Origin: Bdellovibrionales bacterium
GTDB taxonomy: Bacteria > Bdellovibrionota > Bdellovibrionia > Bdellovibrionales > JAUICD01
Assembly: GCA_965203275.1 (NCBI GenBank)
Contig: OZ241865.1
Coordinates: forward strand, 2,400,001-2,464,000
Length of the DNA: 64,000 bases
Direction: 5' to 3'
Below are positions 32,349 through 44,939 of this stretch, piece after piece (position 1 is the first letter of the stretch; each line of letters starts with the position of its first letter). The notes beneath the pieces were generated by a model. That model was not told the DNA's origin. It did no database searches and saw only the letters and a list, made by a program, of their open reading frames with translations. The translations under genes were made by a program, and so were the position numbers.

Positions 32349-33284
32349 TTAAGAAGTTAGTCCATAGCCAGCACGAAAGCCACCTCTCTCTAGACGTTGG
32401 ATACGTTCCTTCAACGGTGGATGTGTACTCCAAAATCTTAATAAAGATCCTGATGAAGGTTTATTGGATATTTTTAAAGTGGCCAATGATTGATGGCTTA
32501 CATCAACTTGATGGGTATAACTTTGTAGCTTTTTTAGGCTTTGTATCATTTTTTCTCGACCTGCTAAAGTAGCTCCCCCTGCATCAGCCCTGTATTCTCT
32601 CATACGAGATACAAAAGCTACAAGTGGCATCGCTGCAAAGGCAAGCAGTGAATATATCAACTGATACACAATCATCCCCATAAAGAACCCTAAACCACTA
32701 CGTCCACCATTTTCATCTCGTAAAGCATTTTCGATAATATTCATTATAATATGTGTAAAGAAAATCACAATAGCATTAACAACCCCTTGAACAAGAGCCA
32801 TCGTGACCATATCACCATTGGCAACATGGGCTACCTCATGTCCTAGGACACCTTCTGCTTCACTTTTGTTCATGGAACGCAAGAGTCCCGTAGAAACTGC
32901 TACTAAAGCATTATTCTTACTGGATCCTGTTGCAAAAGCATTTAGCTCAGGACTATCATAGACACCTACTTCTGGCATTTTGTTAAGTCCTGCCTTTTTA
33001 GCTAATCTGTGAGTTGTCTCCATAAGCCATCTATATTCTGGCGACCTTTCATTCTCAGAGATCATTTGAATATTTAAGGTTCTCTTTACAATAAATTTAG
33101 ATAACCACAAAGAAATAAAAGAACCACCAAAACCAAAAACTAAAGAAATTATGATGAAAGAACCATAAGTATTTGCAAAAATTTCTGGAAAGAATATTTG
33201 TGCTATAAACAACATAGCTATTAGAGAAGCCATAACTAAAAAGTTGACCATTAAAAAGAAAAATATACGCTTTGCTATAGTCAT
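32349..33284 (-). CDS. htpX: Membrane zinc protease HtpX
   Basis: NAFATG, HEVAHVANGDMVT, REYRAD, THPPL. Confidence 0.95.
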   Translation of the reverse strand: MTIAKRIFFFLMVNFLVMASLIAMLFIAQIFFPEIFANTYGSFIIISLVFGFGGSFISLWLSKFIVKRTLNIQMISENERSPEYRWLMETTHRLAKKAGLNKMPEVGVYDSPELNAFATGSSKNNALVAVSTGLLRSMNKSEAEGVLGHEVAHVANGDMVTMALVQGVVNAIVIFFTHIIMNIIENALRDENGGRSGLGFFMGMIVYQLIYSLLAFAAMPLVAFVSRMREYRADAGGATLAGREKMIQSLKKLQSYTHQVDVSHQSLATLKISNKPSSGSLLRFWSTHPPLKERIQRLERGGFRAGYGLTS

Positions 33285-33790
33285 TTTATCCTCCTTAATT
33301 GTTCAAGTTTAAATAATTGATTTAATTTATTATGTCCTTATATGTTTATTATACTAGTCTTTAGCATCGCAGTCTATACAAATAAAAGCTTAAAATACTA
33401 TTTATAAGCATAATATATACAAAAAACCACAAGTCAAGGCCTTATTTCGCTTTTTTATTTGAAATGTCAAAAAGATTGACTCATTTTGAGTGAGTAATAG
33501 TATCCCGGATAAGATAAAAGGATTTTTTGTATGATCATAACTATATTAAATAAAACTGCTATTTTTTATATCTTTTAACCTCAATGTATTAAAATTCTTC
33601 TAAAAAGATCATTTTTACTAAAAGCAATCAATTTTTAAGACAGGTCACTTTGAAAATAGCATAAGTCACCGGCGAGAGTTATTTTGAGTAAAAGGTAAAA
33701 CATTTTTTTGTTGATCTCTTGTAAAAATGATCTTAAATTTTATCTTAATACTACAATACACCATTAAACAAACATCAAAAGGCTTATTAA

Positions 33791-34285
33791 ATGAACAACT
33801 CAGAAGTACCTTCAAAACATGGTAAAAATATCTCTAGTAAAGCAGAAAGTGTTATTTTCGCTTCTATCTTTATCTTCATTATTTTATTTTTCCTCTTGAC
33901 CTTATGGATCAACAAGGGGCCTATTGATCAACCTGAACAAACACAAGTTGCAAGTTTTACAGAAGAAGAAAGACTACAAAGAAACCAACAATGGCAAACT
34001 TCCTCACCTCTTGCGATTAAAGAGGGACAAAAGCTTTTTGAAGTTCTTGTTTTTGGACAATTACAACCTATCTTTGATTTGATCCTACAGGGAGAATATG
34101 GCTCGACAGAGGTAGAGCTTTACAAAATACTGACCTACGGTCTTCCTGGCACAATTTTTAAAAGTTGGGATTACCTTCCACAATTTGCTAGGTGGCAGAT
34201 TGTTCATTATATCCGCTCTACAATGTCAGAACCTCCATCAGCGACTAAGGATGAATGGGATACTTTCAACAAAGAAAGGATTTAA
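33791..34285 (+). CDS. Membrane-anchored cytochrome c-like protein lacking CxxCH
   Basis: EGQKLF...YKILTYGLPGT...RWQIVHYIRS resembles class I cytochrome c terminal helices; the protein has no Cys. Confidence 0.55.
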   Translation: MNNSEVPSKHGKNISSKAESVIFASIFIFIILFFLLTLWINKGPIDQPEQTQVASFTEEERLQRNQQWQTSSPLAIKEGQKLFEVLVFGQLQPIFDLILQGEYGSTEVELYKILTYGLPGTIFKSWDYLPQFARWQIVHYIRSTMSEPPSATKDEWDTFNKERI

Positions 34286-34287
34286 AA

Positions 34288-35100
34288 ATGAAAGTTTTAT
34301 TAATACTTTTACTTTGTTTTGTACCTTATTCTACAAAAGCTGACAAAAATAAGTTACCTTGGAAAACCCATAAACCAGCCCATGAGAAAGTCGCAGCTTT
34401 AAAAAATGTCACTGTGAAAGAAAATTTAGGAAAGGAAATCAATCTTAATTTACCTTTTGTCAATGAACAAGGTGAAACTGTCACTCTCAAAGATTTTTTT
34501 AACCCTGATAAGCCTGTCCTTTTAACCCTTGTCTATTATACATGTCCTGGTCTGTGTAACTTTCATCTTCATGGAATCACAGATGCTCTTAAAAAGATGG
34601 ACCTGATAGCAAGTCAGGAGTTTGAGTTTGTAGCTATTAGCTTTGAGCCTAAAGATACCCCTCAAACAGCCTTAACTAAAAAAAATGAGTTTCAAAATAC
34701 TCCGCAAGCTCAAAAAGGAAAGTGGCATTTCCTTACAGGCTTACAAGAAAACACTAAAAATTTAGCAGATCAATTAGGTTTCTTTTATGAATGGGATGAA
34801 GAAAATAAACAATGGTCTCATCCTGCTGTGGCTTATGTTTTGACTCCTGAAGGGAAAATTTCACGTTATCTCTATGGTATTCAAGTATCAGATAAAACAC
34901 TTCGATTGTCATTGGTAGAAGCTAGTAACGGCAAAGTTGGGAATATACTAGACAGGTTTATTTTATATTGCTTTAATTATAATCCACAAGAACGTAAATA
35001 TAGCCTGATGGCTTTACGAGCCGTGCAAGCAGGTGCAGGCATTACATTAATTGTGTTGGGCTTTCTTTTAATCCCTTTTTGGATGCGAAAAGCTTTTTGA
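34288..35100 (+). CDS. SCO/SenC copper chaperone
   Basis: YYTCPGLC motif, conserved His (WSHPA), C-terminal TM; upstream of coxB. Confidence 0.88.
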   Translation: MKVLLILLLCFVPYSTKADKNKLPWKTHKPAHEKVAALKNVTVKENLGKEINLNLPFVNEQGETVTLKDFFNPDKPVLLTLVYYTCPGLCNFHLHGITDALKKMDLIASQEFEFVAISFEPKDTPQTALTKKNEFQNTPQAQKGKWHFLTGLQENTKNLADQLGFFYEWDEENKQWSHPAVAYVLTPEGKISRYLYGIQVSDKTLRLSLVEASNGKVGNILDRFILYCFNYNPQERKYSLMALRAVQAGAGITLIVLGFLLIPFWMRKAF

Positions 35101-35286
35101 CTTTGATAGCTTATTGATTTGGATTTCAAATAAGATGAAGCTTTAATTTTTAATGAAGTAAAACCTAGTTAATATGACTTATTAAACTAAAGAAATCATA
35201 TTAAAGTCAGGTGAAACCATATATCACCTTATGATGTAGACAAAATAGGTAGACAAAATGGAGTGATGGATTTTTATAGAGGGGGT

Positions 35287-36276
35287 ATGACTATTAAGCT
35301 ATTTATTGGGTTTTGTTTTTTTATACTTGTAGCTTCTCAGATCAGCTTAGCTCAGAGCAATTATCTTCCTATACAAGCCTCTGAAGTCTCTCGGTCTGTG
35401 GATTCTCTGTATAATTTTTTAACTTATACAAGTCTTATTGTCTTTATAATTATGATGGGGGCTATTTTATTATTTGTCTTTAAATACCGTCGTCAATCAG
35501 AAGATCAAAAAACAGCTTACATTACAGGGAGTCACACCTTAGAGTTTATATGGAGCTTTGTACCTTTAGTGGTCTTTTTAGCTGTTTTTTATTGGGGATG
35601 GGTTGTTTATAAAAGCACCCGGTACTTTCCCGAAGATGCTATTACTATTCAAGTGACAGGCTTTCAGTGGGCTTGGAGCATGCAGTATGCCAATGGTAAA
35701 AAAACTTCAAATGAACTAACTGTCCCTGTAGGCAAAAGAGTTGTATTAAACATGCGGTCAACTGATGTGTTGCACAGTTTTTTTGTTCCTAGCTTTCGCA
35801 TCAAACAAGATGTTGTACCGGGATATATATCAAAACTTTCTTTTGTGCCTATTAAAACAGGTAGGTATCATATTTTTTGTGCAGAGTATTGTGGAACAGC
35901 CCATTCTGGTATGACAGGATGGGTGAATGTAGTAGAGCAGTATGAGTTTGAAGACTTTTTAAATAGGGATGACACAGAAGGTATACCACTGGCAGAGTTA
36001 GGTGAAAGAACTTATAAAAACCTTTGCATTGTTTGTCATTCAGTTGATGGTTCTCAAATAATAGGACCTTCTTTCAAAGGAATCTATGGGCGTACACAAA
36101 CACTTGTGGATGGTAGTACTGTGACCAGTGACGATAATTACCTTCGTAGCTCTATTTTAGATCCGAATACTCAAATTGTTAATGGTTATCCTCCTGGTCA
36201 AATGCCTATGTTCCAAGGACTACTAGATGAAGATCAAATTACACAATTGATTGAATATATGAAGACCTTGAAATGA
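35287..36276 (+). CDS. coxB: Cytochrome c oxidase subunit II with fused cytochrome c (caa3 type)
   Basis: Two TMs, DVLHSF, CuA motif CAEYCGTAHSGM, C-terminal CIVCH...MP. Confidence 0.95.
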   Translation: MTIKLFIGFCFFILVASQISLAQSNYLPIQASEVSRSVDSLYNFLTYTSLIVFIIMMGAILLFVFKYRRQSEDQKTAYITGSHTLEFIWSFVPLVVFLAVFYWGWVVYKSTRYFPEDAITIQVTGFQWAWSMQYANGKKTSNELTVPVGKRVVLNMRSTDVLHSFFVPSFRIKQDVVPGYISKLSFVPIKTGRYHIFCAEYCGTAHSGMTGWVNVVEQYEFEDFLNRDDTEGIPLAELGERTYKNLCIVCHSVDGSQIIGPSFKGIYGRTQTLVDGSTVTSDDNYLRSSILDPNTQIVNGYPPGQMPMFQGLLDEDQITQLIEYMKTLK

Positions 36277-36371
36277 CTATATGAAACTTAAGATTTTAAT
36301 TTCTTTCTTTCATTTCAATACCATCGACATGGAACTTTATAAAACTGATTAAGAAACAAAAAGACCTATCT

Positions 36372-37304
36372 ATGCAAAAAAGACTTTTTTGGAAAGCTTT
36401 ACAAAAAGGAGACTTAATTGATATAGTCGCTCCTGCATGGGCTTGCAAATCATCTGAAATACAAAAAGGCATAGCCTTTTTAAAACAAGAAGGTTTTGCT
36501 GTTCGACTCCAAAAAAATATTTTAAAAAAAGACTTTATTTATGCTAGTCATCTGAATAATAGACAAGCAGGATTAGAAAAAGCTTTACTAGCTACAGATT
36601 CCAAAGCTATTTTATGTTTGCGTGGAGGGTCTGGTAGTCTTCATCTTTTACCTCGATTGTTGAAATTAAAAAAACCTAAAAAGTGTAAACTACTCATAGG
36701 GTTGAGTGATATTTCTCTCCTACATTATTTTGTGAATCAAAAATGGAATTGGCCAAGCCTACATGCTCCTATGCTTGCTCGCTTAGGGGATAGGTGTAAG
36801 CCTGTAAAAGAGAAAAGAGAATTTATACAAGTTGTCACAGGGAAGGTCTCTCTTTTACATTATAAAAAGCTTAAAAAAATTAACAAAGCTACTGGTAAAC
36901 AACAGACTATAAAAGGTATTTTGGTAGGAGGTAATTTAGCTACTTTGCAAACAACATTAGGTACCTCTTTGTCTTTAAGTGGGAAGAATAAAATTTTATT
37001 CTTTGAAGAAATAGGTGAAAGGGCTTATCGTATAGATCGTATGTTACATCATCTACATTTAGCTGGCGTGTTTTCAGGGGTGAAAGCTATTGTTTTAGGT
37101 CATTTTTTATATCATTCAGAACGTTCACTTATAAGTTCTGTGCTGTCTCGTTTTTTTGCAGATTTTAAATGCCCTGTTTTTAAAGGGCTACCTTGCGGAC
37201 ATGGTCATCCTACTCAACACACACTTCCTTTAAATACCCCTTGTACTCTTTCTATCACTTCAAAAGGTCAAGAGATGTTTTGTCATACAGGAGTTCAAGC
37301 ATGA
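36372..37304 (+). CDS. ldcA: LD-carboxypeptidase (S66 family)
   Basis: RGGSG, GLSDIS, GGNL, FFEEIGE..YRIDRML, GHG. Confidence 0.88.
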   Translation: MQKRLFWKALQKGDLIDIVAPAWACKSSEIQKGIAFLKQEGFAVRLQKNILKKDFIYASHLNNRQAGLEKALLATDSKAILCLRGGSGSLHLLPRLLKLKKPKKCKLLIGLSDISLLHYFVNQKWNWPSLHAPMLARLGDRCKPVKEKREFIQVVTGKVSLLHYKKLKKINKATGKQQTIKGILVGGNLATLQTTLGTSLSLSGKNKILFFEEIGERAYRIDRMLHHLHLAGVFSGVKAIVLGHFLYHSERSLISSVLSRFFADFKCPVFKGLPCGHGHPTQHTLPLNTPCTLSITSKGQEMFCHTGVQA

Positions 37305-38377
37305 TGAATAAATTAGAAAAATCTATGCTAGAGTTTTTAAAACAAAATCAAGCAGAAGTAGCTACACCGGGATTGGTTTTAAGAGTTTATCGTAAAAGAA
37401 GAAAATGCATCGATATAGTATATGGAAAAACTTCTTGTTTTTATGATATTGCTTCTATTACAAAAGTCATGTTGACAATGACACGATTAATGATGCTTAG
37501 AAAAGATAAATTGTTTAATGAAACCAGTCAGATTCAAAAAGTCATACCTTGGTTTAAAGCAGGTTACTCTTTTGAGAGATTGTTAGCACATCAATCAGGA
37601 GCTATTGCATGGAAGCCTTATTTTAAAAAGATGTCCCTTAAGGCTTCGAGACAGGAGCGGTGGCTTTGGTTGCAAAAACAATTAAGAGCAGAGACTTCTT
37701 TTCAAAAATCTTTTTCAAAAGTAAGGACATCTATTTATAGTGATGTTGGGTTTTTGCTTTTAGGGGTTGCTCTGGAATACTTAGAAAGTCAAAGTTTATT
37801 GCACTCTTGGCAAAAAGTTCAAGAGGCATTCAAACTTCAAAAGACACATTTTAATATTGATCATACTCTAAAGTATAAGGTGTCAAAATATGCTCCTACT
37901 GAAAAATGTGCTTGGAGGAAAAAGCAATTACAAGGTCAAGTCAGTGATGAAAATGCTTATGCTTTAGGCGGTGTAGCACCTCATGCGGGGCTTTTTAGTA
38001 CGATAGACGATGTTTCCTCTTGGATATTGCAATTGAGGGATATATTTTATGGGAAGGTTTCTAAATTTATTGATCAAAGTACATTAAAAAAGTTTACTCA
38101 AACAAGCAGATCTGATGTAGATTTTGCTTTGGGTTTTATGAAGCCTTGTTTTCCAAGAGTAGTTAGTCAAAAAAAAGTCAATAGCTGTGGGCAGTATTTT
38201 TCTCGTCATTCGTTTGGACACACAGGTTTTTCAGGAACTTCTGTCTGGTTTGATCCTCGAAAAGACATTATTATAGTTTTATTATCTAACAGGATTTGCC
38301 CTAATAGAGATAATAAAAAATTTGTGACTTTACGCCCTTTGCTCCATGACTACATTGTCATGCAACTCACCTCTTAA
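37301..38377 (+). CDS. Serine hydrolase, beta-lactamase class C/AmpH family
   Basis: ASITK (SxxK), LLAHQSG, YSD, HAGLFS, FGHTGFSG; ATGA overlap with ldcA. Confidence 0.88.
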   Translation: MMNKLEKSMLEFLKQNQAEVATPGLVLRVYRKRRKCIDIVYGKTSCFYDIASITKVMLTMTRLMMLRKDKLFNETSQIQKVIPWFKAGYSFERLLAHQSGAIAWKPYFKKMSLKASRQERWLWLQKQLRAETSFQKSFSKVRTSIYSDVGFLLLGVALEYLESQSLLHSWQKVQEAFKLQKTHFNIDHTLKYKVSKYAPTEKCAWRKKQLQGQVSDENAYALGGVAPHAGLFSTIDDVSSWILQLRDIFYGKVSKFIDQSTLKKFTQTSRSDVDFALGFMKPCFPRVVSQKKVNSCGQYFSRHSFGHTGFSGTSVWFDPRKDIIIVLLSNRICPNRDNKKFVTLRPLLHDYIVMQLTS

Positions 38378-38654
38378 AACCATTTTTATCTAAGATACTT
38401 TTTTCATAGGATTCATAGGATTATTTTTCTACAAAGCTGTAGTAGCTTTTAATTCATTGTAATATTAGCTATTTTATTGAAACGATCAAAAATCTTATAA
38501 TGAGAGGCCTTTTTTAAATAACTTATATTTGCTGTCTTAAGATATGTTTTATAGCATAGTTTGTCATAATTAATGCATATATCCTGGAATATCAAAAATA
38601 TTTTAATTTTTAAGCTTGAAAAGTTTTAAAATTAAATCTAAAGTAAGGGTTTAA

Positions 38655-41126
<2,472 letters not shown>

Positions 41127-41376
41127 AAATACCTTCAGATATCTTAAAAACTCTAATAGCCTCATATCAAAATAAGGATTTTTAAAAATAAAGTCAAGTG
41201 ATTTCAATATGTTATAAGAATAATGGACTGCGAAAATTTTGCCGTTGTATTTTTATCTTGCTTTGATATAAAAAATATGTAAGTATATAAGTGTTATATG
41301 TTTTGTATCAAAATAGCTATCATGTTATGAATATAAAATGTGTTAAACTATTTCACAGTAAATAAGGAGGTCTCAA

Positions 41377-41652
41377 ATGGATATGGATCAAGTATTAAAA
41401 GAAATGAGAGACATCAATAAAAAAGTCACTCAAAGTTTAGAAAACCAAAAAGAAATTCAAAAAAACCAGGCAGAGTTTAAGAAAGACCAAGCAGAGTTTA
41501 AAAAAGACCAAGTAGAGTTTAAGAAAAAACAAGACGAGATGGAAGCAAGGCTTGCAAATCAAGAAGAAACGACCAAGCACACAAATAAATTGGTATTAGC
41601 TATAAAAAAAAACTGGATTATACAAACCCTGATGGGTCAAAAGGCCGGCTAA
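41377..41652 (+). CDS. Tandem coiled-coil protein copy 1 (extends to 41723 if -1 shifted at A9 41604-41612)
   Basis: TAAGGAGG RBS; repeated (N/D)Q(A/V)EFKK heptads. Confidence 0.8.
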   Translation: MDMDQVLKEMRDINKKVTQSLENQKEIQKNQAEFKKDQAEFKKDQVEFKKKQDEMEARLANQEETTKHTNKLVLAIKKNWIIQTLMGQKAG

Positions 41653-41746
41653 GCAATTTTATTTTTCAATTAATTCAGTGGCTTTTAAGACTTTTTATAG
41701 CAATAGGATTTAACCATAAATAAACTAACTTTTAAGGAGGTCTCAA

Positions 41747-42040
41747 ATGGATGATCAATTATTAAAAGAAATGAGAGACATCAGTAAAAAAGTCACTCAA
41801 AGTTTAGAAAACCAAAAAGAAATTCAAAAAAACCAGGTGGAATTTAAGGAAAACCAGGCGGAGTTTAAGAAAAACCAGGTGGAGTTAAAAGAAAGCCAGG
41901 CAGAGTTTAAGAAAAAACAAGACGAGATGGAATCAAGGCTTGCAGATCAAGAAGAAACGACCAAGCACACAAATAAATTGGTATTGGCTATAAAAAAAAA
42001 CTGGATTATACAAACCCTGATGGGTCAAAAGGCCGGCTAA
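41747..42040 (+). CDS. Tandem coiled-coil protein copy 2 (extends to 42111 if -1 shifted at A9 41992-42000)
   Basis: As copy 1; longest heptad array. Confidence 0.8.
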   Translation: MDDQLLKEMRDISKKVTQSLENQKEIQKNQVEFKENQAEFKKNQVELKESQAEFKKKQDEMESRLADQEETTKHTNKLVLAIKKNWIIQTLMGQKAG

Positions 42041-42134
42041 GCAATTTTATTTTTCAATTAATTCAGTGGCTTTTAAGACTTTTTATAGCAATAGGATTTA
42101 ACCATAAATAGACTAACTTTTAAGGAGGCTTCAA

Positions 42135-42386
42135 ATGGATGATCAATTATTAAAAGAAATGAGAGACATCAATAAAAAAGTCACTCAGAGTTTAGAAAAT
42201 CAAAAAGAAATTCAAAAAAACCAGGCGGAGTTTAAAAAAGACCAAGTAGAATTTAAGAAAAAACAAGACGAGATGGAAGCAAGGCTTGCAGATCAAGAAG
42301 AAACGACCAAGCACACAAATAAATTGGTATTGGCTATAAAAAAAAACTGGATTATACAAACCCTGATGGGTCAAAAGGCCGGCTAA
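42135..42386 (+). CDS. Tandem coiled-coil protein copy 3 (extends to 42457 if -1 shifted at A9 42338-42346)
   Basis: As copy 1. Confidence 0.8.
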   Translation: MDDQLLKEMRDINKKVTQSLENQKEIQKNQAEFKKDQVEFKKKQDEMEARLADQEETTKHTNKLVLAIKKNWIIQTLMGQKAG

Positions 42387-42480
42387 GCAATTTTATTTTT
42401 CAATTAATTCAGTGGCTTTTAAGACTTTTTATAGCAATAGGATTTAACCATAAATAGACTAACTTTTAAGGAGGCTTCAA

Positions 42481-42711
42481 ATGGATGATCAATTATTAAA
42501 AGAAATGAGAGACATCAATAAAAAAGTCACTCAGAGTCTGGAAAATCAAAAAGAAATTCAAAAAAACCAGGTGGAATTTAAGAAAAAGCAAGACGAGATG
42601 GAATCAAGGCTTGCAGATCAAGAAGAAACGACCAAGCACACAAATAAATTGGTATTGGCTATAAAAAAAAACTGGATTATACAAACCCTGATGGGTCAAA
42701 AGGCCGGCTAA
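42481..42711 (+). CDS. Tandem coiled-coil protein copy 4 (extends to 42782 if -1 shifted at A9 42663-42671)
   Basis: As copy 1; shortest heptad array. Confidence 0.8.
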   Translation: MDDQLLKEMRDINKKVTQSLENQKEIQKNQVEFKKKQDEMESRLADQEETTKHTNKLVLAIKKNWIIQTLMGQKAG

Positions 42712-42841
42712 GCAATTTTATTTTTCAATTAATTCAGTGGCTTTTAAGACTTTTTATAGCAATAGGATTTAACCATAAATAAAATAAGGCATTTTGAATA
42801 AAAAAGCATGTCGCCGGCAAACAAATTATAATATTCCATCA

Positions 42842-44821
42842 TTAAATGTCATCTAAGTAAACCCAATATATGATTTGCCTGAATATATAATCACGTATTT
42901 TAGCTGTAGAAGCTGCTTGTAAATGACCATCTTTATCACGTGTCATAGCTCTTTGTGTTCCATCAGGTTGTTCTATCATTCGATAAGGCATACCATACAA
43001 ATTAATAGCAGAATCTATAAAATAAGTAAGAGTATCTTGATCTACATTATGTAGATAAGCTGAAAAACTCTTAATGATAGATGCCATCTGTGCTAAAGGC
43101 ATACCAACTACAAACCCTGAAGTAAACAACTTTACTCTATTTCTAAGAGATAAAGAAGATAAATGTTTACCATTAAAGAAAGATTTAATGAAGTGATATA
43201 AACCAATCAGATCATCTTGAGAAGATCCTACAAGAAGGCCTCTTAATAACATAAGAGTTATCTCTGGATTGTGTGTTTCTTGATTGATCATGAAAAAAGC
43301 ATCGATGAGTGTCTTTTCAGAAATATGCGGAGACATCTCAGCCATCATAAAAAGAATACCAGCATAATCATAACCACGATAGATCAGAGTATTAAAGAGA
43401 TCCCATCGTGTCCTCCAATATATATCTTGTAATTCAATAAAAACTTGACCTTGTATAAAGTTCTCCTTTTCTATCAAAGAATCAAAAATATCATCTGGAT
43501 GCCCTTCTGTAGGAGAGGAATCTAATAAACTGTCTTGGTCTGTTTGATCTTTGATCATCCTAATTAAATAAACATTTTGGAAGCTCCTCATGTAATTAAA
43601 TTTTACTTTTGTGTTTCTTCTTTTTGCTTTTTGATAAACGGAACTAGCTTTATTTAAAATACTATGAAATCTTTCTGATAAAGGGATGTTAAGATTTTGT
43701 TTGTAGGAATCTTTTTGCTGATCAGGAGGTTTTAAGCTCTCTATTTTATTCAATAAACCAGATATAACAAGCACCCTACGTAAAAAAGTTCCATAGAGAG
43801 AATGATGAAATAGTTCTTTAAAATCTTTTGATAAATCCATGAGCTGTTCCTCATTTAAACCAGTGAATTTAGTTAAAACGAATTTATGATATTGAGATTT
43901 AGATTTATTTTTGTCTTTGAATGGATGGTCTAGAAATATGGGGGTTTTTTGCTTTAGTGAGGGTATTATAGATGTGATTCTCATAAGGAAAGCTGTTAAT
44001 TGTATTGAACGTTTTAATACAGAGGCTTGTTGTGAAGGATCTGAATCTTGAGAATGATTTACTTTAGCATATCCCGATTTAAATTTCATCGTGTGTATAA
44101 ACCACTGTGAAATATCTATGTATGAAAAATTCTTCTCTATTTCTTTTAATAAGGATCGAGGTGTGGGCGACCGCACAGTAAGGGAGCTGTCATCTTGATT
44201 CATTGTTTTAACAATGTCATATAATATTATATTTTCTTCTCTGGATTTCTCTAATAAAGTAGGATTGACATGGTTTAAAGACCAGTCCAAATGATTTATC
44301 TTTTGTTCAAACCATTTGATGAGAATACCTGTTTTGGTAGGGCTGTCAACATAGCTAAGTACTTGGCCATACGGGGTATCCTGAACAAAATAAATGACAA
44401 ATGAGAGACGATTTATAGAGTGAATATAAAAAACTGTCTTTTGGTTGTTTTTGATTTGGATCACACGAGAGCTACTGTTTAGAAAATTAAATTTAGATCT
44501 ATCTATTCTGTCTATCCCATAAAAGATCAAATTATATTTTTGAGGGTCATTGTACATATCATATACCAACTCAGAAACAGTTAAAAATTTTATATCTTCC
44601 CAGTGAAAACTCCCCCATATTTGTTTTAGAGCTGAAATTAAATGATTGGTATTTGTATAAGGTAGTTGAATCTTATGAGAAGGTTGAGAGTATACTTCTT
44701 GAAATTGCATTAAAGCTTCATGACATGTTATACGTTTTTGATTTTTTTGATCTCCATAAGTTATGGTATGAAAATATATTATAAATAAACACAAAGTAAG
44801 AAAAAAAGATTTTATATGCAT
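42842..44821 (-). CDS. Hypothetical secreted protein
   Basis: 659-aa ORF with a signal peptide; no family recognised. Confidence 0.7.
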   Translation of the reverse strand: MHIKSFFLTLCLFIIYFHTITYGDQKNQKRITCHEALMQFQEVYSQPSHKIQLPYTNTNHLISALKQIWGSFHWEDIKFLTVSELVYDMYNDPQKYNLIFYGIDRIDRSKFNFLNSSSRVIQIKNNQKTVFYIHSINRLSFVIYFVQDTPYGQVLSYVDSPTKTGILIKWFEQKINHLDWSLNHVNPTLLEKSREENIILYDIVKTMNQDDSSLTVRSPTPRSLLKEIEKNFSYIDISQWFIHTMKFKSGYAKVNHSQDSDPSQQASVLKRSIQLTAFLMRITSIIPSLKQKTPIFLDHPFKDKNKSKSQYHKFVLTKFTGLNEEQLMDLSKDFKELFHHSLYGTFLRRVLVISGLLNKIESLKPPDQQKDSYKQNLNIPLSERFHSILNKASSVYQKAKRRNTKVKFNYMRSFQNVYLIRMIKDQTDQDSLLDSSPTEGHPDDIFDSLIEKENFIQGQVFIELQDIYWRTRWDLFNTLIYRGYDYAGILFMMAEMSPHISEKTLIDAFFMINQETHNPEITLMLLRGLLVGSSQDDLIGLYHFIKSFFNGKHLSSLSLRNRVKLFTSGFVVGMPLAQMASIIKSFSAYLHNVDQDTLTYFIDSAINLYGMPYRMIEQPDGTQRAMTRDKDGHLQAASTAKIRDYIFRQIIYWVYLDDI

Positions 44822-44939
44822 ACCATCACCTTAAGGGTTAAAATATGCATAGCCTAAATGGTATTAGAAATCAAGCTTGATTTCTAAGAATGTAAATCAT
44901 TGAAATTTGCTATTTTTCATAAGCTTCTAGGATTTTATT

